This document shows, piece after piece, positions 1-8,321 of a DNA stretch of 64,000 nt. The notes below the pieces were generated by a model. It was not told the origin of the DNA, did no database searches, and saw only the letters and a program-made list of their open reading frames with translations. A program made the position numbers and the translations under genes. The DNA is from Planctomycetota bacterium (GTDB taxonomy: Bacteria; Planctomycetota; SZUA-567; H5-PLA8): the NCBI GenBank assembly GCA_038227045.1, contig JBBRQD010000004.1:10677-74676 (forward strand), in the 5' to 3' direction. The number at the start of each line of letters is the position of its first letter. Positions within the stretch are counted from its first letter, which is position 1.

Positions 1-827
1 GACGAAACCAGCACGGGCTTCAGCATCGCCAGCGCGGATTGGACGAAGGAATCTTTTTTTGCTGAGGCCGCGTCGAAAACTTTCATCACCCGGGCGAGTT
101 CTTCCGCTTTCGCGGGACGTCGGAAGGCGCGGCGGGCGAACGCCGCGATGAATTTCTGAGCGGCGTCGCGTTCGTTCAACGCGCCAGGTAGTCCGGCAAA
201 AAGCGTGTCGAGCGCCACGCGATCTTTGTCACCTTTCTTTGCCGCGGGCAGCGACGCGGTATTGAAACGCTCGACAATCTTATCCGCCGCGGCAAAATAT
301 TTTTCCATCAGCGCGGGGGAGAGCGTCTGCGCGGCGGCGTAGGTCGCATAGCCCGTCACGGGCGTGTCGTCGGGCATCCCGACGGAATCGGTGGCGTCGA
401 AATCGAGGCCGGTCACGTCGCGGATCGTCGAGTTGTATTCCAGCCGGGTCATGCGGCGCAGCAGCGGCGGCCCGGGATCGCGCGTGGCGGGATCGTTCGA
501 ATCCAGCAGCGCCAGCGTGGACCGGATCGCGCCGGTCAATTTCGTGCGCTCCGCGTCGCTCATCGCCGGCTCGTCTTCGGGCGGCATCTCTTTTGTTTGA
601 ATCTGCTCGAGCGCAGCGCGCCAGATTTTGTGCTTTTTCAGCGCGGCGTTCATGTCGTTAAAAATTGAAAAATCGACGCCGCCCTTTTGCTTCTTTTCGC
701 CGTGGCACTTGAAGCAGCGGGTTTCGACCAGCGGGCGGAGGTCTTTGGCGAAATCGGGTGCGGGTTCGCTGCCATTTCCGATGGAGACGATCAGTATTTG
801 CAGCAATGCGATGGCGAGAATTTTCAT
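1..827 (-). CDS. Planctomycete-type haem-c protein (PSCyt / DUF1587-DUF1592 family), N-terminal part; ORF runs off the left window edge
   Basis: Absent from the ORF track because it is open at the edge. Manual reverse-strand translation from ATG at 827 gives MKILAIALLQILIVSIGNG (signal peptide), then RPLVETRCFKCHGEKKQKGG (CxxCH haem motif), then LLRRMTRLEYNSTIRDVTGLDFD (DUF1587-type motif). There is no stop down to position 1. Confidence 0.8.
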   Translation of the reverse strand, partial: MKILAIALLQILIVSIGNGSEPAPDFAKDLRPLVETRCFKCHGEKKQKGGVDFSIFNDMNAALKKHKIWRAALEQIQTKEMPPEDEPAMSDAERTKLTGAIRSTLALLDSNDPATRDPGPPLLRRMTRLEYNSTIRDVTGLDFDATDSVGMPDDTPVTGYATYAAAQTLSPALMEKYFAAADKIVERFNTASLPAAKKGDKDRVALDTLFAGLPGALNERDAAQKFIAAFARRAFRRPAKAEELARVMKVFDAASAKKDSFVQSALAMLKPVLVS

Positions 828-909
828 GATTGAATCGGAAGGGCGTTCGAAATTGGGCCTCATTTTTGTACAATACACTTTCGTTCAATCGATGTACGCA
901 AAATAATCA

Positions 910-1761
910 GTGCACGGAAGGAAATCGATTTTGTCGGCATCCACGATCAAGAACAGCGTCAATCTGGAGGGCACCGGATTGCATTCCGGCCAACTCGTGC
1001 GTTTGCGGCTTAGTCCCGAACGCGATGGACGCGGCATTCGCTTTATGCGCACTGATTTGCCCGGCTCGCCGGCGATTGCATCGCGCGACGTGGACCGGAA
1101 TTGCCCGCCGTTTCGCACGGGCTTGAAAAACGGAAACGCCGAAGTTCACACCGTCGAACATCTGCTTTCGGCGCTTGCCGGCTTGGGCGTAACCGATTGC
1201 CTGATCGAAACCGACGGCGCGGAGATTCCGGGCTTGGACGGCAGCGCATTGAATTTCGTTGAGGCGATTCGACGCGCCGGCATCGACGCGCTCGGCAGCC
1301 GCGAGGTGAAGGCTGTGGAGATTACGGAGAAGATTAGCATTCAGGATGGCGCCGCCAGCATCGAGGCTCTTCCGTGCGAATCGGGTTTCAGGATTTCATA
1401 CACGCTGAATTATCCGGGGCACGCACTCGCGCAGGGAACATTTGACTACGAATTTTCGACTGAATCCTTTGTTCGCGAGATCGCACCCGCGCGGACGTTT
1501 GCGATTCGCCCGGAAGCGGAGAAGATGCTCGCGGCCGGTTTCGGCAAGGGTGCGAATACGCAGAATACGGTAATTGTGGACGGCGACAAAGCCGTCGAAA
1601 CTCAATTGCGTTTTGTAAACGAACCGGTGCGGCACAAAATCCTCGATCTGATCGGCGATCTGTACGTGATCGGCCGGCCGATTCGGGGACATGTGATCGC
1701 GCGGTTTTCCGGGCACAGAACGAATCGGATGCTGGCTTTGGCGTTGATGGAGCTTCCCTAA
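910..1761 (+). CDS. lpxC: UDP-3-O-acyl-N-acetylglucosamine deacetylase
   Basis: TIKNSVNLEGTGLHSGQLVRLRLSP...IRF, HTVEHLLSAL, FVNEPVRHKILDLIGDL and SGH are typical LpxC motifs. GTG start. Followed by fabZ. Confidence 0.9.
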   Translation: MHGRKSILSASTIKNSVNLEGTGLHSGQLVRLRLSPERDGRGIRFMRTDLPGSPAIASRDVDRNCPPFRTGLKNGNAEVHTVEHLLSALAGLGVTDCLIETDGAEIPGLDGSALNFVEAIRRAGIDALGSREVKAVEITEKISIQDGAASIEALPCESGFRISYTLNYPGHALAQGTFDYEFSTESFVREIAPARTFAIRPEAEKMLAAGFGKGANTQNTVIVDGDKAVETQLRFVNEPVRHKILDLIGDLYVIGRPIRGHVIARFSGHRTNRMLALALMELP

Positions 1762-1960
1762 ATATAGGAATTTTGGGTTTATCGGGGGTCTACTTTATCG
1801 CGGATGACCGCAAATTAACGCGGATTACCGCAGATGGAAGGGTGTGCGTTGAGGGATTTTTGAGCTGCACAACTCCATCATTTATCCGCGGCAATCTGAA
1901 GTTCATTTGCGTTCATCTGCGATTGAGTTGGACTTGGAATTCATCTAAAGGACACGAAAA

Positions 1961-2401
1961 ATGCTCGACATCAATGAAATCAAAGCCATTCTGCCGCACC
2001 GTTTTCCGTTCCTGCTGGTCGACCGCATTCTGGAGCTTGAATCCGGCAAACGCATTGTCGGAATCAAAAATGTGAGCGCCAACGAGCCGTTTTTTCAAGG
2101 GCATTTTCCGGGCGAGCCGGTGATGCCGGGCGTGTTGATTCTAGAAGCGCTGGCGCAAGTCTCATGCGTGCTGGTGCTGCGCGACTTGAATCTGCCGGGC
2201 TGCATTTCGCTGTTCACCGGCGCGGACGACGTGGTGTTCCGCCGCAAAGTCGTTCCCGGCGACCAGCTCCGGCTCGAAGCGGAAGTCGAGCGCATGCGCG
2301 TACCGTTCGGGCGCATGAAAGTGCGCGCGACGGTGGACGGCGATGTCGCGGCGGAAGCGATTGTGAAGTTTATGATTCAGAGGCCGCAGGCGGCGAAGTA
2401 G
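1961..2401 (+). CDS. fabZ: 3-hydroxyacyl-ACP dehydratase
   Basis: ILPHRFPFLLVDRILELE...GIKNVSANEPFFQGHFPGEPVMPGVLILEALAQ is the canonical FabZ hot-dog signature. Confidence 0.93.
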   Translation: MLDINEIKAILPHRFPFLLVDRILELESGKRIVGIKNVSANEPFFQGHFPGEPVMPGVLILEALAQVSCVLVLRDLNLPGCISLFTGADDVVFRRKVVPGDQLRLEAEVERMRVPFGRMKVRATVDGDVAAEAIVKFMIQRPQAAK

Positions 2402-2417
2402 GGCAAGGAAACACAAC

Positions 2418-3206
2418 ATGGCCGACGACGAGGAAGTCTCTGAGCACAATGAAGACGGCACGCCGAGCGGCATGAATGCTCCGGCGGGTCACGTCGATTT
2501 GACCGACGCGGAGTTGCATGACGTGACCGAGGTTGCAACTGTCGCGAACGAATTCGAGGCGATTGCGATTGTCGAGACGTTGGAGGATGCCGGAATTCCC
2601 GCGATGAAACACAACGGTATCGTCTATTTGGGCTCGTCGGGACAATCGATGGTCGTGGTGCCTCGCAAACTGCTCGCAGAGGCGCGCGCAGTAGTCGAAC
2701 AGTTTCGCAAGGCGGCTAATGAGCGAGGCGTGGACGAGGCGTATAAACCCGAGAGTGTTGATGATCAATTAAAGGACGCGCCGAGCGATCCGCTCACATA
2801 TAAAATGATCGAGATCGCGACGCGCCCCAAAGAAGAGCGGACGGAACTTCTCTCACCTTATGTAGCGCAATGGCTGGCCGATGGAATGCCCGATCCTGAA
2901 ATTGCGCGGTATCTTGCCTCGGCGGAATTGAATCGCGTGGATTCCGAAACGCTTATCGCGTTTATTCGAGTAGGGCAATCGGATTTGCTTATTGAGTCGC
3001 TAGATCGACGTGCCATGAGCGGGTATGCGCTCGCCGCTTTCGGCGCGTTTTTATTTGTCGCACCATTTTTTGGCGCAACATTTCTGTTTGTGCTATTGAT
3101 TCCGTTTGAGAATGTCATTGGCGCATGTCTTTTTGTCAGTGGTCTCGGAATTGTCGCCATCGCCAGAACCCGAATTGAACAACTCGAAAAAGCAAAGATT
3201 AGCTAA
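2418..3206 (+). CDS. hypothetical membrane protein with DUF2007-like N-terminal domain
   Basis: ANEFEAIAIVETLEDAGIPA...VVVPRKLLAEARAVV resembles the small putative signal-transducing DUF2007 fold. Hydrophobic C-terminus (two predicted TM helices). Starts 17 nt after fabZ. Confidence 0.6.
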   Translation: MADDEEVSEHNEDGTPSGMNAPAGHVDLTDAELHDVTEVATVANEFEAIAIVETLEDAGIPAMKHNGIVYLGSSGQSMVVVPRKLLAEARAVVEQFRKAANERGVDEAYKPESVDDQLKDAPSDPLTYKMIEIATRPKEERTELLSPYVAQWLADGMPDPEIARYLASAELNRVDSETLIAFIRVGQSDLLIESLDRRAMSGYALAAFGAFLFVAPFFGATFLFVLLIPFENVIGACLFVSGLGIVAIARTRIEQLEKAKIS

Positions 3207-3239
3207 TCGTAACGGTCGCGCAAATACCAGGAATCCCCC

Positions 3240-4493
3240 GTGCCCAAAAAAGTCCTCGTTCTCGGCGGTGGCGTGATTGGACTGTGTTCCGCGTATTTTG
3301 CCGCGCGGCGCGGTCACAGCGTGATTGTGCTTGATCGCGATGCGCCTGGAGACGCGGGGTGTTCCTATGGCAACGCGGGGATGATTGTGCCGAGCCACTT
3401 CGTTCCGCTCGCCGCGCCCGGCATGGTGGCGTATGGCTTGAAGACGATGTGGAATTCCGAAAGCCCGTTTTATCTTCGGCCGCGTTTGAGTCTCGATTTG
3501 TTTTCGTGGGGATGGAAATTCTGGCGGGCGAGCACGGCGGAGCAGGTCGCGCGCGCGGCACCGGTGCTGCGCGATTTGCATTTTTTGAGTCGCGCGCTGT
3601 ATGAAGAACTGACCGACAAGACCGGCGGCGCGTTTGGCCTCGTGCGCAAGGGTTTGCTGATGCTCTGCAAAACGCCTCACGCGCTCGACGAGGAAGCGCG
3701 TTTCGCGGAGCAGGCGTGCGCGCTGGGTGTGCCGGCGGAAGTGCTCGATGCCAAACAGACGGCTGCGCGCGACCCCGCGGTCGCGATGGATGTCGCCGGC
3801 TCTGTCTATTATCCGAAGGATTGCCACCTCGCACCCGCCAAGCTGATGCACACACTTGAAGACGAATTGAAGAAGCTCGGCGTTGAAATCCGCCGCGAGA
3901 CGGCCGCGCTCGGCTGGATCACGCGCGGATCGACGATCGAAGCGGCGCAGACCACGACCGGGGGTTACGACGCCGATGAATTTGTGCTTTGCAGCGGCAT
4001 CTGGTCCGACGAACTGGCGCGAGGATTGGATTTACGCATTCCGATGCAGGCGGGCAAAGGCTACAGCGTGACGCTCGATGCGCCGCGCCGTCTTCCGGAA
4101 CTCTGTTCGATTCTGGTTGAAGGCCGCGTGGCGGTGACGCCCATGAATGGAAAGCTGCGTTTCGGCGGAACGATGGAGTTGGGCGGCATCAGCTCGACGG
4201 TCAACGCGGCGCGCGTGCGCGGGATTGTGAAATCGGCGCTGAAGTATTTTCCGGATTTCCGTGCGGAAGATTTCGACAATCTGCCGGCGTGGAACGGAAT
4301 GCGGCCGTGCTCTCCGGATGGACTGCCGTATTTGGGACGAACCGCGAAGTACGACAATTTGATCGTTGCGACGGGCCACGCGATGATGGGCATCAGCCTC
4401 GGACCGGCAACCGGAAAGATTGTGTCGGAAATCTTGGAACGCGAAAAACCATCGGTGGAGATTGGGTTGCTTGATCCGGATCGGTATGCTTGA
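3240..4493 (+). CDS. FAD-dependent oxidoreductase (DAO family, D-amino-acid dehydrogenase-like)
   Basis: N-terminal KKVLVLGGGVIGLCSAYFAARRGHSVIVLDRD dinucleotide-binding motif. Length 417 aa, typical of the DadA/DAO family. GTG start. Confidence 0.8.
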   Translation: MPKKVLVLGGGVIGLCSAYFAARRGHSVIVLDRDAPGDAGCSYGNAGMIVPSHFVPLAAPGMVAYGLKTMWNSESPFYLRPRLSLDLFSWGWKFWRASTAEQVARAAPVLRDLHFLSRALYEELTDKTGGAFGLVRKGLLMLCKTPHALDEEARFAEQACALGVPAEVLDAKQTAARDPAVAMDVAGSVYYPKDCHLAPAKLMHTLEDELKKLGVEIRRETAALGWITRGSTIEAAQTTTGGYDADEFVLCSGIWSDELARGLDLRIPMQAGKGYSVTLDAPRRLPELCSILVEGRVAVTPMNGKLRFGGTMELGGISSTVNAARVRGIVKSALKYFPDFRAEDFDNLPAWNGMRPCSPDGLPYLGRTAKYDNLIVATGHAMMGISLGPATGKIVSEILEREKPSVEIGLLDPDRYA

Positions 4494-4512
4494 CTCTTTC
4501 ACCGCGGTTAAA

Positions 4513-4546
4513 AAACAACCCGCGGAATTGCGTCCGCGGGTTGTTT
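4513..4546. terminator. 14-bp perfect hairpin between convergent genes (bidirectional terminator candidate)
   Basis: aaacaacccgcgga-attgcg-tccgcgggttgttt. A-run on the left, T-rich on the right. Lies between the stops at 4493 (+) and 4577 (-). Confidence 0.7.
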
Positions 4547-4576
4547 GATTTGGAGGTTCCTCTTTGGCGGATTGTC

Positions 4577-5590
4577 TCAGGCTTTTGGATGGGCGGCATT
4601 GTAGACGAGCTTCAACCGTGTGGGCGTGAGGTGGGTGTAGATTTGCGTTGTGGAGAGACTTGAGTGTCCCAGCAATTCTTGAACGCTGCGCAGGTCGGCG
4701 CCTCTATCTAGCATGTGTGTGGCGTAACTGTGGCGCAGGGTGTGTGGGGTAATGCCCGGTGGCAGCCCCGCTTCCTGCTGGCGCTTCGAAATGATTCGGC
4801 GCACGCTGCGGACATCCAGGCGCGTGCCGAAGCGGTTCACGAAGATCGCCGATTGCGGCCCGGTGGTCTCCGTCGTGTTCTTGCCCCGCAGCACTTCGGG
4901 ACGGCGCGCGATCCAGGTTCTGAGCGCGGCCGTGGCGCTGTTCCCCACTGGCAGCATGCGCTCCTTCTTGCCTTTTCCACGGACAAGTAACAGCCCGCGT
5001 TCGGCGTCGAAATCTTCGAGGTTGGTGCCCACTAATTCCGAGACGCGCACGCCGGCTCCATAGAGCAGTTCGAGAATCGCGCGATCGCGCACGTCCATCC
5101 AGTGCGCTCCGCTGACGACTTCGACGAGTTTCTTGACGTCGTTTTCGGAGAGGCACTTGGGCAGCGATTTGGGCGTTTTCGGATTGTGAATGCCATCCAG
5201 CGGCGAGCTCTCCACGAGCTTGCGTTTCATCAGGAATTTGAAGAAGCTGCGCAAACCGGACAAGCGGCGGCTGAGCGTGCGCTTTCCGGTCCCTTTCTCC
5301 GTCTGATCGGCCAGAAATCCGCGAATGACCAACCGATCCAGACGGTTGGGAAACCTCGGTAGTTCACCGCGCGCGTCGACGAAGGCGCGAAACGCGGTGA
5401 GATCCTCGGCGTATGCTTTGGTGGTGTGCGGCGAGCAGCCACGCTCGCTCGTTAAATAGGAGAGGAAATGCTCGATAAAATGATCCGAACCAGTCCCCCC
5501 CCGGGACGATTCTTGTGCAATCATGTTGTATTTTTCGACGGGACGCGGCGGGCGCTTGAACGAAATTATCGCGCTTTCGACGGATTGCAT
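4577..5590 (-). CDS. tyrosine recombinase, XerC/XerD family
   Basis: FLSYLTSERGCSPHTTKAYAEDL (SAM-like N-domain) and HTLRHSYATHMLDRGADLRSVQELLGHSSLSTTQIYTHL (R-H-R-Y catalytic region). An alternative ATG at 5524 would give 315 aa. Confidence 0.85.
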   Translation of the reverse strand: MQSVESAIISFKRPPRPVEKYNMIAQESSRGGTGSDHFIEHFLSYLTSERGCSPHTTKAYAEDLTAFRAFVDARGELPRFPNRLDRLVIRGFLADQTEKGTGKRTLSRRLSGLRSFFKFLMKRKLVESSPLDGIHNPKTPKSLPKCLSENDVKKLVEVVSGAHWMDVRDRAILELLYGAGVRVSELVGTNLEDFDAERGLLLVRGKGKKERMLPVGNSATAALRTWIARRPEVLRGKNTTETTGPQSAIFVNRFGTRLDVRSVRRIISKRQQEAGLPPGITPHTLRHSYATHMLDRGADLRSVQELLGHSSLSTTQIYTHLTPTRLKLVYNAAHPKA

Positions 5591-5683
5591 TTGCGGCGGC
5601 GCGCGGCGTGAAAATAGCGCGGCACTTTCGCCTATGAGGAAGCTGCACGAATGCGCATAAAATATATTTTGGAGAGAGAATTT

Positions 5684-6598
5684 TTAACCGCGTGAAAAGA
5701 CGAACGGCGCGCATTCGCGTTCAACGATGCGGCGAAATTCTTGAATTATTCTGAGCGTAAGCGGGCCGGGCTTGCCGCCTCCGGCCGGCTGCTCTCCGAC
5801 GCGGATCAGCGGCGAAATTTCGCGCATGGAACCGGTCAGGAAGGCTTCGTCGGCCACTACTGGATCCCAGGGGCTCAGGCAGGCGTATACGGTGGGGATG
5901 CCCAGATTGTGCGCGGCTTCGACGGCGGTGAGTTGGGCGATGCCGGGCAACGCGCCGCTGAGCGCGGGATCGGGGAGTGTCAGTTTTCCGTCGCGGATCA
6001 GCGAGATGTTGGAGGCTGAGCCTTCGCAGAGCAGACCGGCGTTGTTGAGCAACAGCGCCTCGCTGGCCCCGGCCAAGTCGGCTTCGCGGCGGGCGAGAAT
6101 TTGTTCGATGTAGTTCAACGTTTTCAGCTTGGCTGTGACTGCGGATTCCTGGCGGCGCAAACTGGCGACGATCGCCGTGACGCCCTGCAGGAGCAGCGCA
6201 TCGGGCGGCCGGACGTGGCGCGTCACGGTGATCACGACGTTGAGCGCAAACGGGCCTTTGATCGACGGCCCGCGCGGACCGCTTCCGCGGGTGACGGTCA
6301 GGCGCGCGTTGGCTTCTGGAAAGGCGGCAGTAGCGACAGTTTCGTGAAGCCAGGCGGACAGCTTTTTCGAATCGGGCAGCGGATCGAAATGCAGCGTGCG
6401 CGCGCCGTCGAGCAACCGTTCAAAATGGGCTTTCTCGCGGAAAAGTACGGAGCCATAAGCGTGCATCGTTTCAAACAGGCCGTCGCCATATAGGAATCCG
6501 CGGTCGGTGACCGGCACGAGCGCCTGGGACTCTGACACGATTCTTCCGTTGATGGAGTAAAACGTGTCTGGAGGGGTGACAAGGTATGGGGGTGACAA
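5684..6598 (-). CDS. pabC: class IV aminotransferase-fold enzyme, probably aminodeoxychorismate lyase
   Basis: VTDRGFLYGDGLFETMHAY and the KTLNY motif. Directly downstream of pabB. The maximal ORF (to 6772) overlaps pabB by 128 nt, so I place the start at TTG 6598. The start is uncertain. Confidence 0.65.
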   Translation of the reverse strand: MSPPYLVTPPDTFYSINGRIVSESQALVPVTDRGFLYGDGLFETMHAYGSVLFREKAHFERLLDGARTLHFDPLPDSKKLSAWLHETVATAAFPEANARLTVTRGSGPRGPSIKGPFALNVVITVTRHVRPPDALLLQGVTAIVASLRRQESAVTAKLKTLNYIEQILARREADLAGASEALLLNNAGLLCEGSASNISLIRDGKLTLPDPALSGALPGIAQLTAVEAAHNLGIPTVYACLSPWDPVVADEAFLTGSMREISPLIRVGEQPAGGGKPGPLTLRIIQEFRRIVERECAPFVFSRG

Positions 6599-6612
6599 GG
6601 TGACAAGGTGAA
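6573..6612. repeat. Repeat family A: three tandem GTGACAAGGTG modules
   Basis: ggggtgacaaggtatgggggtgacaaggtgacaaggtgaa. The same module recurs at 35418-35522 and 61042-78, with a single weak copy at 28809-19. Confidence 0.8.
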
Positions 6613-6644
6613 TAGAGGAAAATCGTTCTATTTCAAGTGCCGTT

Positions 6645-7991
6645 TCACTCGCCGGCCACCGCCCGAAAAAACGGCGCGGCTTTGAGCAGCGTTTCGTCGC
6701 ATTCTTTTTCGGGATCCGAATCGGCGACGATTCCGGAGCCGGCGAAATATCGCGCCGTTCCGTTTGCGGCATCGCAGACTGCGGTGCGGATGGCGATGTT
6801 CAGGTCGAGATTTCCGTCCGTGCCGATCCAGCCGATCGCGCCGCAATAGGGGCCGCGCGGCACGGTCTCGAGTTCGGCGATAATTTGTATGGCGCGGATT
6901 TTCGGCGCACCGGTGACCGAGCCGCCCGGAAATGTGGCGGCGAGCAGTTCGCCGACCGTCGTCCCGGGGCGCAAACGGCCTGTCACAGCCGCGGTGCGAT
7001 GCAGCAGCGTGGGCAATTCTTCGATTTCGCCCGATGAGGCGACGCACACGCTGCCATACGAACACACGCGGCTAAGATCGTTGCGTTCAAGATCGACGAT
7101 CATGTTTAATTCGGCGCGTTCTTTTTCGCTGGTGTCCAATTCGCGCCGGGCGGCGTCATTTTCAGAGGGTGTAACACCGCGCGGACGCGTGCCTTTGATC
7201 GGGCGGGTTAGCACTTCGCTTTGCCGCACGCGCAAGAATAATTCGGGAGAGATGCAACAGATTGCTGATTTATCGGCAGACAAACCCGTTCCCAGAAAAG
7301 CGCCATAGGCTGGCGGACTTTGATTTCTCATGCGCAAGTACAATTCCGCGGCTGATTTTCGCCAGGGCATGTCGAAACTTTGCGCGATATTCACTTGGTA
7401 AATATCTCCTGCTTCGATATATCGCAGCGCACGCCGGACAGAACACAAGTAATGCTCCCGGTTATAAGACGGGATGGGGGGGTGTTCGGGTGTTTCATTT
7501 TCGCTCAATTTCAGGCACTTTCCGCAACTTTGAACAAAAAGGATTGCGCGTTTTGACTTTTCAAAACGTCCTCTTATAGACAATGGTGTAAGAGAATTAG
7601 AGATGCAGTACCAAGTTTGTTCGGTGTGCGAGAAAGCCAATACTGTTTCATAAAAGCGGGCATGTGTTTCATACCGAGTTGTGGCATTGGATAGAAACAC
7701 TGGAGTATTGCCACTCGGATAATACATATTTATAAGCCATCCGCCTTGATATGGAGAAATATTATAGCGTTCATTGCAAGATTGGAAACCTGTCGATAGC
7801 GGCAGATTAAATAATGAATTTTTGGAGAGATGAGTAAGGGGATGAATGCCCAGGAAACTCCAGCCGTCCGATGAATTGCCGGAGTCGAGCCAGAACAGGG
7901 AGGGTTGATCGGACAGTGCCGCAAACAGTTGTGCGGGTGTCAGCGCAGCCCAATAGTTATCCTTCAGCGGAATATGCAATGCAGTTCTCAT
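6645..7991 (-). CDS. pabB: aminodeoxychorismate synthase component I (chorismate-binding enzyme)
   Basis: C-terminal chorismate-binding motifs FPGGSVTGAPKIRAIQIIAELE..PRGPYCGAIGWI. Paired with a class IV aminotransferase downstream. An anthranilate synthase (TrpE) assignment cannot be fully excluded. Confidence 0.8.
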   Translation of the reverse strand: MRTALHIPLKDNYWAALTPAQLFAALSDQPSLFWLDSGNSSDGWSFLGIHPLTHLSKNSLFNLPLSTGFQSCNERYNISPYQGGWLINMYYPSGNTPVFLSNATTRYETHARFYETVLAFSHTEQTWYCISNSLTPLSIRGRFEKSKRAILFVQSCGKCLKLSENETPEHPPIPSYNREHYLCSVRRALRYIEAGDIYQVNIAQSFDMPWRKSAAELYLRMRNQSPPAYGAFLGTGLSADKSAICCISPELFLRVRQSEVLTRPIKGTRPRGVTPSENDAARRELDTSEKERAELNMIVDLERNDLSRVCSYGSVCVASSGEIEELPTLLHRTAAVTGRLRPGTTVGELLAATFPGGSVTGAPKIRAIQIIAELETVPRGPYCGAIGWIGTDGNLDLNIAIRTAVCDAANGTARYFAGSGIVADSDPEKECDETLLKAAPFFRAVAGE

Positions 7992-8069
7992 TTATAATGA
8001 ACCATCCAGAGGTAGTTATGCATACAACGACGAGGAAGTGAAATTAATTTCGAATTTTAGGGCTTTTAC

Positions 8070-8099
8070 TTGAATTTTGTTAAACGAATTTGATATAAT
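8070..8099 (+). promoter_or_regulatory. sigma-70-like promoter with extended -10
   Basis: TTGAAT (8070-75), 18-nt spacer, then TGaTATAAT (8091-99). Lies in a 330-bp AT-rich divergent spacer. Implies a leader of about 215 nt for the gene at 8322. Confidence 0.45.
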
Positions 8100-8321
8100 T
8101 TGCATTAACGAACGAATAAAATAAGAATAAGAGAAGGGGGTGCTGGCGCTAAACATGATTTTGAATTTACGACACAGTTTCGGATTGGCCTTTTGATTCC
8201 TGGAATTTAGACGCGAGTTCCGCGTCTGTCCTACAATATGGTTAAACCGCTGGAAAGATCCGTTCGTAATTAATGAATTACAATTTACATTTACTCGGCA
8301 ACTATTGAAAAGGAGTGAAGC

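Noticed and set aside
440-520. GTTCGAATCC-like string (cgttcgaatcc near 476-486) that resembles a tRNA T-loop.
   Set aside because: The flanking bases do not form a T-stem or an acceptor stem, and the site lies inside the well-supported haem-protein ORF. No tRNA cloverleaf was found anywhere in the window.
4577-5590. The tyrosine recombinase, considered as a marker of an integrated element or genomic-island border.
   Set aside because: It has typical XerC/XerD length and motifs. There are no adjacent tRNA, att-like direct repeats, phage or conjugation genes, and the flanking genes are housekeeping.
6599-6772. N-terminal extension of the pabC ORF (MPQTERRDISPAPESS...).
   Set aside because: It overlaps pabB by 128 nt in another frame, is Arg/Pro/Ser-rich, and runs through the family A repeat. 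The conserved aminotransferase core starts after 6598.
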